Source: Pocillopora damicornis | Taxonomy: Eukaryota | Direction of reading: 5' to 3' | NCBI RefSeq assembly: GCF_003704095.1 | Contig: NW_020844892.1 | Span: 186,001 to 250,000 of the forward strand | DNA length: 64,000 nt | In this document: piece after piece, positions 1 through 28,499 of the stretch | Numbering within the stretch: the stretch's first letter is position 1 | Layout: each line of letters begins with the position of its first letter | Made by a program: the position numbers and the translations under genes | Notes under the pieces: model-generated | Told to the model about the DNA's origin: nothing | Databases searched by the model: none | Seen by the model: the letters and a program-made list of their open reading frames with translations, nothing else

Positions 1-1
1 C

Positions 2-1680
2 GCTGTAATATGCCACATATGTGACAAAGGGTTCAATGATGAAGATCGGAAAGTTAGGGACCATTGCCATTCCTCAGGAAAGTCTAGAGGAGCTGCTTAC
101 AACAGTTGTTATTTGAAATTCAACAAGCCGAAAAAGATTTCTGTCATCTTCCACAACCTCTCAGGTTATGATGCTCACTTGTTCATCAGGAGGTCTTCAG
201 ATGGAAATGATGAAGGTATCTTCTACATCGCTAGCACTGAAGAAACATACATATCATTCACGAAAAAAGATCATCAGTGATTCATTTATTGTCATCGCAA
301 AAGATGTCAAAGAGTAAGAAAAAGAAAAGAAAAGAAAGTAGAAGTAAATTTTGACTTGATATTCATCAATAGCCTTACATAATAGCCTTACATGCATGCT
401 GTTATCTCTGGCTGATTTTTCTTAAAATCTTCCAAACGACGAGGGATCATCCCAATATGACTACTTTGATTCACTTGTAAAAATGAAAGACACGAAGCTG
501 CCGTCAAAGGAAGCATACTTTTCAAGGCTTAGTAATGAGCACATCAACCCTGAAGGGGTGGGGGAGGAAGCACTTTCATCCCATATCTGGATGCTTCGGA
601 ACTTGAGAAGTGTAGGGCTTTGCAAATCCTGATTCAGACGTTGAATGCATTCTTGAGGTCGATCTTGAATATCCAGATCATATTCACGACCTTCATAATG
701 ACTATCCACTAGCTCCTGAGAGACTGATTGTTAATAAGGTTGAAAAGCTCACCCCGAACTAGAATTATATAGAGAATTATGTGCTTCACTACAATGAATT
801 TGAAAACGATTCAGCAAAGGATCAAGTTTTAACAGTATGCGTGGCTGAAAACGTACATCGACTTGAACACCAAACTTAGGACTACAGCCAAATCAGAATT
901 TGAAAAATACTTCTTCAAGCTGATGAAACATTCCGTCTTAGAGAAGACCATGGAGAATACAAGAAACAGGGTGAATGATATAAGATAGGCCGGCGACAGT
1001 AAAACGGAAGTTAAGCTTTCTTCAAAAGTCAACTGCAAACACATCACAATCTCCGATGAGGATCTGATAACAGATCACATGCAGAAGAATTACCTGTATT
1101 TCCACAAGCCAGTCTACCTACATATGACTGTCCTCGACTTGAGCAAGACTTTGATGTATGATTTTCATTATAATTACACGAAGATGAAGTATGGTGAGGG
1201 AGTGAGACTATTGTTTACAGACTCTGACTCACTGATGTATGAGACCACTGACCGAAGACTTTTGTACTGATATCTCTGAAGATCTAGATTTAAAGTTTGA
1301 TGCATCAAATTATCCAAAAGACTACCCAATTTATCCAGCAAAGAACAAGAAAGTCATCGGGATGATGAAAGTTGAATCTGGAGGAAAGCAAATTTCGGAG
1401 TTCGTTGGTTTGAGAGCAAAGTTGTACAGCTATAAGACTGATAAATATGAAAAGAAGAAATGCAAAGGAATCACAAAGAATGTAATCATTAAGAATATCG
1501 GTTTTGAAGACTACAAGAGAACTATTTTAACGAGAGAAATTCCACACAGGAGGATGAACTGTGTAAGCTCGCCAAATGATGAACTTTTCATTTAAATTGT
1601 GGACGAGATAGCCCTCTCAGCAACAGTGACAAGAGGCACAGATCAAAAGACAAAATAACTACTCGTACTAATGGGTATAA
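2..1680 (+). pseudogene. Decayed protein-primed family B DNA polymerase (Polinton/Maverick/adintovirus-type), 5'-truncated by the window, frameshifted and internally deleted
   Basis: The frame from nt 2 reads CHICDK..KVRDHCHSSGKSRGAAY..VIFHNLSGYDAHLF (EndoVII-like and exonuclease II motifs). Later fragments are ILEVDLEYP..HNDYPLAPE (~650-720), LDLSKTLMYDFHY and LLFTDSDSL (DTDS motif, ~1135-1235), EFVGLRAKLYSY, KKCKGI and ALSANSDKR. There are several stops and frameshifts, and the motif A region is missing. Confidence 0.9.
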
Positions 1681-1864
1681 ACTATTACGAAAGAAGTGAA
1701 ACTCAAGAGAATATGAAATTTCTACAGAAAAAATATAGATGTTTTCTAAAATGAAAGTCGCCGATAGAATTAAGGTGAAATGAAGTTGACTCTCCCACCA
1801 AGTTGATTTGTCCCAGAACTGGCATATCTCTACTACTGTATTTAAGGGGGTAAGTTTCTAAAGA

Positions 1865-1957
1865 AACGTCGGTGGGAGAGTATAACAGGGTAATTTAGTA
1901 TTATCAACTGAGTTGATAACGTGATTTGCTACGGTAAAGAGTTTCAAAGCTGACGTT

Positions 1958-1989
<32 letters not shown>

Positions 1990-2070
1990 GGAATCGTGGA
2001 ACACACAATTGTGTGCTGCACAACTTTTCCATTCACTCAAATACTAAAATACTAAATTACCTTGTTATCC
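1865..2070 (-). mobile_element. Penelope-like element terminal-repeat fragment containing a hammerhead ribozyme
   Basis: Contains the minus-strand motif attcgctctgacgaagggctaacgctcgaaacgtcagc followed by tcaactcagttgataatactaaattacc, a recurrent cnidarian Penelope-type repeat (recalled, not searched). Confidence 0.65.
1949..1982 (-). ncRNA. Minimal type I hammerhead ribozyme (Penelope-type)
   Basis: Minus strand reads gct-CTGACGA-A-GGGC-taac-GCTC-GAAA-CGTC-agc. The CUGANGA and GAAA cores are intact, with a 4-bp stem II, palindromic ACGT helix III, GUC cleavage triplet and gct/agc stem I. Confidence 0.8.
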
Positions 2071-2074
2071 CCAC

Positions 2075-4220
2075 TACTGCACTCTTACTTTTCCTTGTTT
2101 TTCGATTTCTATGTTTTTTCTTTTGCTCATTTAGTTTTCTCTAATGTCTGATTTGAATTTTAGTATCTTGCAGTCTATTAGTTTTCCTTGATGTTGATTG
2201 TTATCTTAGCATTTAGGGCACTTTTTTCCGTTTTGTTCGATTGTTATGTTAGTATCTGAGGCACTTTTAGTGTTCCTCGTTGTCCGGTTATTACGTTTGC
2301 ATCTCCATACATTTAATTATCCCCGTTGTGCGATTTTTACGTCAGTATCTCGCACACTTATTTTTTCTTGTTGTTTGATTGTTACGTTGGCATCTTGTGC
2401 ACTTTAAGCTTTCCTTCTGATGCAATTGCTAGGTTAGTTACTCGCCACTTTTAGCTTTTCTTGTCCTGTTGTAACGTTAGTATCTTGTGCGCTTTTGGTT
2501 TTCCTTGGTGTCTGATTGTTACGTTAGTAACTCTCTCTCATTTAGTTTTCCTTATCACCATACGTTACTTTCGTAATTTGTGCACTCTTAGCTCTCATTG
2601 GTGTGCGTTTGTTTCGTTCTTAGTTTGTGCACTTTTCGTTTTCCTTGTTGTGCGGTTGTGTCATTAGTATCTTGCACAATTTTAGTATTTATTGCTGTGC
2701 GATCATTACATTAGTATAGTTTTTCTTGTTTTCTTTTCTTTTAGGTACGTTAGTATCTCGTGAATTTTTGTTAGTATCTTGTACTCTTAGTTTTTCTGTG
2801 TCGCCGTATGTCTCGTTCTTAATTCGTACACCTTCAGTTTTCCTTGCTAACCGATTGATACTTAAGTAATTCTCACTACTTTATTTTCTTTGTTGCCAGA
2901 TTGTTACGTTCGTAATTTGTGCATATTAAGTTTTCCCTGGAGTTCGATTGTTACGTTGGTATCTTGCACACTTTGAATTTCCCATATTTTCTGATTGTTA
3001 CGTTGATATCTCATACACTTTTATTTTTTTACACTACTTTTGTTAGTATTTTGTACACTTTTAACCTCCCTTTTTTCCGATTGTTGTGTTAATGTCTCAC
3101 CAACTTTTGGTTTGTTCTTGTTGTCCGATCATTACGTTAGTATCTCCACACATTTAGCTTTGCATTCCCTGTTGTGCGATTGTTACATTAGTATCTCGAA
3201 CACTTTAAGTTTTCCTCGTTATCTGATTGTTATGTCAGCATTTTGTGCACTTTTAGTTTTCCTTGGTGTCTGATTGTTACGTCAGTAACTGCCACTCTTT
3301 TACAGTAAATGATTTCAACCCGGGGGTAACATGTAAAAGTGTTGTTTGATTGACCGGGTGACTTAAGTCGTGGGAAGGACTGTTATGGGAAGTAGTGCAT
3401 GACGTTTCGATAACCTAAGCAAAGTCCTCACCAGAGTCAAGTGAGTAGTTTTTGTCACTCGAATGTTCCAAGTCCGGTTCGTATAAACTGATTGGTCAGT
3501 TTTGCCGTTCTGACCAATCAGTTTGGTTGATGTCCCATCATTAGGTTACTGATTTGTGTACTTTTACTATTTCTTTGTTATTCGATTGTAGTTTGTACAC
3601 TTTTATTGATCTTTTTTTCTTATTATTGCGTTAATATCTCGTGAGTTTTTCGCTTTCCTTTGTGTTGGATTGTTACGTAAGTATGTCCTGCACTTCTAGT
3701 TTGCTTGTTTTCTGCATGTTAATTTACTGTTTCGTACGCTTTTTGTTTTTGTGGTTGCCGAATTCTTACCTCTATATATCGCACACTTTCATTTTTGCTG
3801 TGTCGGATTGTTATTTTGGTTATCACTTGCACTTTAAGTTTTCCCGTTACTTTGGTCTCTCGCGCTGTTTTAGTTTTCCTTGATCTCTTGTTTGTTTCGT
3901 TAGTATGTGTCAGACTTTCAGTTTCCTTGTTTTCCCATCTTCACCTTAGTACTTCTCGTTTTTTAAAGTTTCGTTGGTTTCCCAATTGTTACGCTAGTGT
4001 TTCATACACTTTTAGCTTTCCTTGTTTCTTGATTGTTACGTTAGTATCTCTACTCTTGTATACTTTTACTTTTCATTTTTGTCGCCGAATGTTACGTCAG
4101 TTTTTTTGCTCTTTCTTAAATTTCGCTATTGCCCGATTGTTATGTTATCTTGCACGCTTACAGTTTTCCTTGTACCCTGTTTGTTACGTTGAGCTCTCCT
4201 GCAATTTTAGTTTAATTTCC
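2075..4220. repeat. Degenerate ~46-bp tandem minisatellite (roughly 40 units), interrupted at ~3300-3545
   Basis: Recurring unit close to ttttccttgttgtccgattgttacgttagtatctcgcacacttttag. The gattgttac core recurs at about 2196, 2239, 2286, 2332, 2377 and onward. The strand is strongly T-rich. Confidence 0.85.
3300..3545 (-). mobile_element. Second Penelope-like repeat fragment with a degenerate hammerhead (core at ~3396-3440)
   Basis: Minus strand reads ttgact-CTGGTGA-ggac..atc-GAAA-CGTC-atgc, with the core and stems mutated. The flank cagtccttc..acccggtcaatca resembles the remnant at ~38730-38795. Confidence 0.6.
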
Positions 4221-4839
4221 CTACCACTAAGGAAACTTACCGTAGAAGGGTATTGCTGAGGCACAGGAGAAACTTTTCGGGCCGTTTTTCGTATTGTCTT
4301 TCGTATGCCGTGAAGAACCATTAAAACAATTTCTAAAGTGAAATAGGAAATTTTATTGTCCTAGCCCTAAGAAATATACTTCAGATTATTGTGATAATTT
4401 TCAAAAGTGTTGAAAATCTGACCGTGTGAACATCGGTTCTGACAACCAAACTTTTCAATGAAACAGCTTCGTATTTGGCTTTAAGACATGTACTTGCAGC
4501 AGCTATGTTGCCGCAAATGTTTTCGAATAGTACCGGTATGCCATGGGTGCGCTAATCCTTACGGGAAAAAACATGAAGGACAACTGGTTCGGAGCGTGAG
4601 CTCAATAACATCTTTCTTCACTTAAATAAACTTGATTATAATTTTCAATCGTCATTTGCATCATCGTTGCACATAAACATAACATATTGACATTCCACTT
4701 CCTAGCAATATGCAGGAAGTTTGTCTCCATGGACCTTATAAAACGGCATAGCTTGCCACAAGTCTTCTATAGTTCAGTGGCGGAGCGCGCCAATGGGAAA
4801 TGGGAATGGGAAATGGGAAAGTCAAAGTTTAAGGACGAA

Positions 4840-22365
<17,526 letters not shown>

Positions 22366-23595
22366 GTACTAATTTAAACGATTCGGTTGTGAAATCTGAC
22401 CACTGTCTCTTTCGTAATGCACGTGACCTAACCAGGCCAACCAGGGTATGCTCGTTCTTCTAACCATTATCACGCGGAAAAAGTTAAAAAAATGAATCAT
22501 AAGCAGTTACTTATTGACGAACGTCAAGAGTGGCTTCTCTTTTGAAATGGCGGTTATGCTCGACAAGGCTTCTTGAGCCTGCGTTCTTCTGGCCATTATC
22601 ACAGGAAAAAAGAGAAAAAATTCATGATAAATTTAAAAAGAGATATTAAAATAAAATAAACAAGGAAATAAATGAATGAATATTCACTAAAGGCTTACCA
22701 TAGGCGAGTGGAATGAAAGGAGATGGAGAGGACAACGCGCTTCGTAAAGAGACCAAGTAAAGGCTTGTTCTTGAGTATAGCTTCTGAGCGCAACTGATAA
22801 CTTTATAGAAATAAGATGGTGGACTGTCAGAGGAACTTCAAATCCCTTAAGAACTGTTACAAAAACAAGGTGAATAAAGACCATGTGTAGCTTCATTACC
22901 CAAAAAGTGTTTTTGAGATGAAAATAACCATCTGAAATGTTTTTCACATACACCTAAGGCTCTTCAAACAAAGGACTTACTGAAAATTATTGCATCCTCC
23001 TATCTATCAAAAAAATTTAGGCTGTACATCTAAACACCATGTCGACCACCATGTTTGATCCTATATGGGCTAATATCTCCACGATACACTACGAGGTAAC
23101 TACGAGGACTACGAGGTACCCCTTAGGTTGCTCTGAGATTTGTCTGGTCTGACGGTCTGGGTCCCCCTTAAGCCAGCAAGAAAGACCGCTGCCAAATTGT
23201 GACGTAGTAGTAAGGAGCAAACTAAGCTTGTCGTACAAGGCTGAAGCCGCCCCATAGGGTCTTCTACGATTACGGTTGGCTTCAAAGTATTGGGATCGCC
23301 AACTGATCGAATACGGCTTTTAAACGGTGGAGGATCAGAAAGGCGTGAAACTTCTAAGCAGCTGAGACCTAAGTGCGGAGATGAACTACAAGTCGAGTGC
23401 CAGAGTGGATTATTTTCTTTTCGCAACGTTCTTCTTGGCTTCGTTATATTCTAAATGTGTGTAACTTCGTTCAACATTCGAAATTAAGTCCTCTCGCGGC
23501 TGAACCGGTGAACCTTGCTTTAGAGCAACAAGAGGAAGAAAGAGGTATAGTAAGAATCAAGAGAAAACTCGAGAATTTGGTGAAAGGCATTTCCA
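22366..23595. promoter_or_regulatory. Putative bidirectional promoter and 5'UTR region between ALLC and the SH2-C1-ART gene
   Basis: The two start codons are divergent and 1.23 kb apart. CpG is visibly richer than in flanking introns. A triple ctacgagg repeat lies at ~23089-23118. Confidence 0.5.
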
Positions 23596-24990
23596 ATGTC
23601 AAACAAACCACCTCAAGACCACAAACCTTCTGATGGGGCTCCTGCTTATGTCGACATCGAGAAACTGAAGGAACCAGAGTGCAGAGCATGGCAAAGTGAT
23701 ATGCTGCTCGCTTTGCAGCAGAATGCTGCCCCTGAGCCAATTCGCTTAGCTTGTATGAAGAACCTGCCTTCCAGACCATCGTTCTTTCAAGAAGAGTTTC
23801 ATGGCCGCATTCCTCGGGAGGAAGTCGACGAACTACTCTCTGGTCCTAATGGTCCAGTCAACGGAAGATACTTAGTGAGAGAGAGTAATAGCTCACCCGG
23901 CGACTACAGCCTGTCCTTAAGTTACGGTGGACATATTCTTCATTATAGACTATTCTACGAAAACGAAAGATTTTTCATCGATTCTACTGATGAGAAGAAA
24001 TACAAGTCGATCACAGATCTTGTTGTTGATGTGCTCAATATGTTTCGCGTGATTGATGATGTGGATGGACATGTGCCAAAAGAAGAAAAGAAAAAACCCA
24101 TCGCTTGCCCTCACGTATTCAAACCTTACTCTTACAAACATTTTAAATGGTGCGCATCTTGTGGAGGTTTTATGTGGGGAATTAAAGATCAAGGTATGAA
24201 GTGCGAGGGATGTGGCCTGGATGTTCACAGCCGTCCGCGTTGTATGAAGAATGTTGAAGGAGAGTGCCCACTTACTTTACCTTGTAAAGAAAAGAAAGTT
24301 CCACGTAACAAATTAAGTGCCTCAAGTTTTCCACCCAAGCAGAGTACTGTGTCTGTTGACACATTCAAAGCTAGTTGTGAATATCAAGAGAGCTGTATTA
24401 GATTCCTCAGTTATTTGAACATTCCTTCATGTTATTTTGAAGCAGATGCATTAAATCCCTGTTATTGTGAAGAGTGCTGTCTTGATGTTGAAACACCATT
24501 GTGTAAGAGTGGTAACCCTCCCCAAACATACTCGCTGCCTACAGGATGGTGTCGCTTTCAACTTGGGGCTGCTAGTGGGCAGGAAAATATTGTTTCATCA
24601 AACTGGAATTTGGCATTTATGTCTTTAAACCCAAAGGAGGTTGTCAAAGTACTTGAGTCAAATACCACAGATAATCATTCAGAAGACCTGAGTGAGGATG
24701 GGTCTAAGCCATTGATAAAGATGACACCTTCTATTATATGTGCTGATTTGGATGCACCAAAATTAAAGTACAATGACACTGAGACTGGCGAAGTCAAGGC
24801 AGGCCAAGTTGTCTTGCAAGCTTACATTGAACCATACTCGTACCAAATGATGCGGAGACCAGGAATGAATGATGAAATTGATCCATATTTTAAAATGGAC
24901 ACTATATATTGGGTGACAAGGCAAGCTTCATCCATTTTACCATTTGCACTGCTTGTAAAGACCATGGATGCAACCTACTTGAATCTATGA
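23596..24990 (+). CDS. 464-aa protein from an intronless CDS: chimaerin-like N-terminus, SH2, C1, and NEURL4-like ADP-ribosyltransferase-fold C-terminal domain (probably inactive)
   Basis: WQSDMLLALQQNAAP..C...RP.FF.EEFHGRIPREE matches the alpha2/beta2-chimaerin N-terminus. SH2 with YLVRES spans aa 68-146. C1 HVF..C..CGGFMWG...QG.KC..CGL.VH....C...C spans aa 173-224. aa 260-456 (CEYQ..C.RF..L.IP..YF, CYCEEC, GNPP..Y.LP.GWCRF.L, TPSI, QVVLQ.YI.P.SY, DPYF..IYWVT, ALLVK) resembles the NEURL4 C-terminus as recalled. Confidence 0.9.
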   Translation: MSNKPPQDHKPSDGAPAYVDIEKLKEPECRAWQSDMLLALQQNAAPEPIRLACMKNLPSRPSFFQEEFHGRIPREEVDELLSGPNGPVNGRYLVRESNSSPGDYSLSLSYGGHILHYRLFYENERFFIDSTDEKKYKSITDLVVDVLNMFRVIDDVDGHVPKEEKKKPIACPHVFKPYSYKHFKWCASCGGFMWGIKDQGMKCEGCGLDVHSRPRCMKNVEGECPLTLPCKEKKVPRNKLSASSFPPKQSTVSVDTFKASCEYQESCIRFLSYLNIPSCYFEADALNPCYCEECCLDVETPLCKSGNPPQTYSLPTGWCRFQLGAASGQENIVSSNWNLAFMSLNPKEVVKVLESNTTDNHSEDLSEDGSKPLIKMTPSIICADLDAPKLKYNDTETGEVKAGQVVLQAYIEPYSYQMMRRPGMNDEIDPYFKMDTIYWVTRQASSILPFALLVKTMDATYLNL

Positions 24991-27900
24991 ATGCAAGTAG
25001 TTTATCTTTTTTTTTCCAGGATGTGCTCACTGCTATACGATATACAATTTCCCCGATAACTGAATAGCCAAAAATGAGTTGTCTAAGTGATGCTCAATCA
25101 CTGGATGCAGCTTTATAATTACAATGTTAGCTCATTTGTTGTAAGGATGCAACAAGCAAGAGCATCTCTTGAGTAATCTTCTTATGTACTGTGCATCTAA
25201 ATTATCAGCCAACTACAACTGATTCAAAGCAAAAGACCTTCAGTTCTACTGGAAGATTGTCAAACTTTGTCAAGGTAATGCAGTCATACAATTTAAGTGA
25301 CATGCAGTCATTCAACAGCCTAATATATCCTGGGCTTTAATTCTGTTTCATCAATGGAACCCTTATGTGATGCACCCCACAGTGAGAAAAAATGTTATAC
25401 AGAGAATGTGTTCCACCTAGGGAAGGTCGGTTATGTTTTAAAAAGAACATACATTTAAAAAAGCCAAGCACAGTGAACAATTAAATTAAACATTGGTATC
25501 ACCATCTCGATTCTGATTGGCTTTGAGCATGAAGTTGACTTTGCTTTAAATTTTGTTTTAAATAACAAATACAGTCCATAAGCCCAAATTTAATTTTACG
25601 AAAGAGTTTTGAGGTTGTCAAAATTAATATTTTCACTCAGTGCGTGTTACATCTAACATTCTGGCTCATTAGGTTAATTCTTTCACTGCCAAAATGAACA
25701 TGCTACTTTGGGTGATCATAAAATTATTTGCCATCTTTTTGTGAGGATGAGAAGTTAAATCAAGGCAATTTCTGAATTATTTTAATATTCTTCATTTTTC
25801 TCACTTGGTTGCAAAAATTGTAAGGCAAATGTATCAAATGATCATCCTTGGGAGTGAAACGGACTTCCATTTTGCTATATGCCATTCTATGGCACTGAAT
25901 GTTGAGTGATGCAGTAAATTACAATTCAATCCCAAGGTAAGATAAAGAGTGTTAAAAATTATCATTTCATCTGGACAGAAAGACCAGGTGTGTCCTCACT
26001 TTATTTTATAATCAGTTCGATCAAACCATACTTGTTTGAAGTAGCCACTCAGTGGTTAAACTCAGTTAATTCAGAGCAATGGGGGTGATGAGTTTAATTG
26101 TCTGAGTTGAGAGAGGAGTTGCTGTGAACTGTGTGTTATGTACTAAAATACTATAATTAACATAATGTAGCTAAACTGGAACAAGTCGTCCAGGAGAATA
26201 TCCAGATCATTAACATGGTAGATATTTACTCCTCACATCCAGTGTCATGTTGTCAATTGATTTGAATAATCGCATTAATTCGATATAATGGCTATTTCAC
26301 CTTCCTTAAGTTTCGTGGTGACCCTACCTTATTATGGAACTGTCTACTGCATTAATGGCTACTTAATTATTATACTTTTACATACTTGCAAATGAGCACA
26401 TTTTGAACAGGTCAGTTACCTTGATGTAAATGTGTACAGAATAGAAGCTAAGGTCCGCCCATTTGTGTGTATAAAAGGGTTTGATGTACTCATAGGGAGA
26501 TCTTGATCAAGCAAAGTAGAGGAGAACGTAAAGAGTGGAAAGTAGTAAGAGCCACATCCTCATATAAGATGTATTCTTTACAAATTAATTAACTGTAGAA
26601 AATAATCAGATGGTTAGTAATTTCCTTTTTTCTTCTTTAGTGGCAGCACACACTGGGAGAGAGGCACTAACTTTGTATCAGTCTCAAGATCCCAGATTTA
26701 AGCAGGGTACCTATGTTAAAGATAGGACACACTAGAGCATTTAAAATACAGATGTTTGATTCTCTAGCATGGATGAACTACATTTTGCTTAAGGCACATT
26801 ATCAATTATCACACATCAAATTCTATAAAAAAAGCCTGATCATTTTAACAGTGGTCATGTGAATGAGAGATTTTTATGATTTCAATTTTTAAGGGAATGC
26901 CATGATTTTATCTGGTAATAGGCATTTTTATTATTTTTTTAAGAAATAAATGTGCATAAGCATCAACTTTTAAGGCCTCAAGTGCATCTTTTCATGCACA
27001 AGAAACTTTTCTCAGTTCTTGTGATTTAAAAGGAAGCAAATGTTTGCAGAATGGTTCAAAAAATAAATTCCAATTGTTATGGTAGAAATTTCACTGAAAA
27101 AATTATTCTCACTCTTTTGACAAAAAGCCATATTTGAAAGAAATCTCAAACAATTGGAACATGAAAAAGTTATAATTATTCTTATACAAATATATTAGTA
27201 AAGAAATATAATAAATAAACAGATGATTACATAACCTACCAAAAATAGGAAACCAATGTCAGTAAAGAAAAGCTGATATACTCTCTTGACAGTACATAAT
27301 GGATCTTAGTGTAAAGTGGGGGACAAAGTGTTGGAAACAGGCTCCTGAATTTAGAATTTGTTCATAAATCCATACTTAAAAGTCTGATCAATGAGGTCTA
27401 TCAGTTATGTCATGGTGTCTTTTGGCTATTGAAATTTGTACAGAAAATCTACCCATGAGTGTTTAATTTTATCTCCAAAGACTTTGTCTTTAACAAGCGA
27501 CCATCATTGTGTGACTAAAAGAGAGGTAATTGCTTGCAATAAATTATTTGCATGCAAGAGTAACATTTGGAAAGGTGGGGCAGGACACTGACACCTCTTT
27601 GGTGCAGATCTACCCCATCGGAGTTATGGTATGTGTATTTGTAGGAGAGAGGTGGAGGGGGATTTAGGAGTCTTTTTTCCTCTCTTCCCACCCAGCCTAC
27701 TGTCCTCTCTGAGATATTCCTTTCTCTTCTCAACTTTCTAAATAAAATGACACAATGGAATACTTATGGCTCATTGACAAAAAATATCCTTGTACAGCAA
27801 ACTGAATGCAAACTCAATCAAGATCCTGAGCCCTGATGCGACATGCTGCTTAGCCAGCCATATCTTTACTTCTTTAGGGTTTGGAAGCAACTCCTGTCAA

Positions 27901-28499
27901 GAAATTGAAACCTTATTTCTGCCTTTTTTTTTGAATTGATAGGTTTTAACTTTCTTCATAATTTGTATTTTGAAGGGTTTGATAGATAAATTTAAAAGAT
28001 GTAGGCCCATTTAAATAGAGAGACAATAGTTTAATGAGTGTGTTGCAATGTACAGATTTCCTTTTCTCAATGTTATACCTTCATAAACACTTTCAGTGTA
28101 AGTCACATCTGTTACACCTTTGAGGTCTGATATCTACAAGTCTGTACAGGAATTAAAAAATCTTGCACTGTATCAATTATTTGGTACTATTTTCTACTAT
28201 TCAACTACTCCAGCTGTAAAATATAGCTTGCCAGCAAACTAGACTGATTTCCTCAAAATTATTTGCTTTTAACATTAAGAAATCTATACTCAAAATTTCT
28301 TTATCACAATTAACAAAAAATGAGAATAAAAAGGTGAAATTAAAAAATCCAAAACGGAAGATTATAAAAGTAATTGATGCAGCATAGGCGGGTGCTACAA
28401 AATACAATCAAAGTATGCGAATGCATAAAAAAATTCCACACGGGAATCTAGTAACATGTAGAGCTTTATGATGAGCTTCGTCAGGAGCCCATTACTTGA

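Noticed and set aside
1858-2040. ORF containing SIRSDEGLTLETSA
   Set aside because: This is a translation of the hammerhead-containing repeat, not a protein gene.
2075-4220. Possible CRISPR-like array, and hydrophobic ORFs (2461-2667, 3040-3273, 3641-4259)
   Set aside because: Whole units are degenerate copies with no constant repeat plus unique spacer structure, there are no cas genes, and the context is eukaryotic. The ORFs are by-products of the T-rich repeat.
4760-4795. tRNA-like A-box (tagttcagtggcggagcg)
   Set aside because: No cloverleaf or B-box follows. It is likely a SINE head remnant, not a tRNA gene.
23109-24228. Antisense and overlapping ORFs around the chimeric gene (similar shadow ORFs at 43765-44052, 58160-58360, 59065-59301, 60971-61363)
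   Set aside because: These are shadow frames of real coding exons or promoter sequence with no independent motifs.
23596-24990. Calling this gene CHN1/CHN2 or NEURL4
   Set aside because: It has no RhoGAP domain and no NHR repeats, so neither symbol fits the whole protein.
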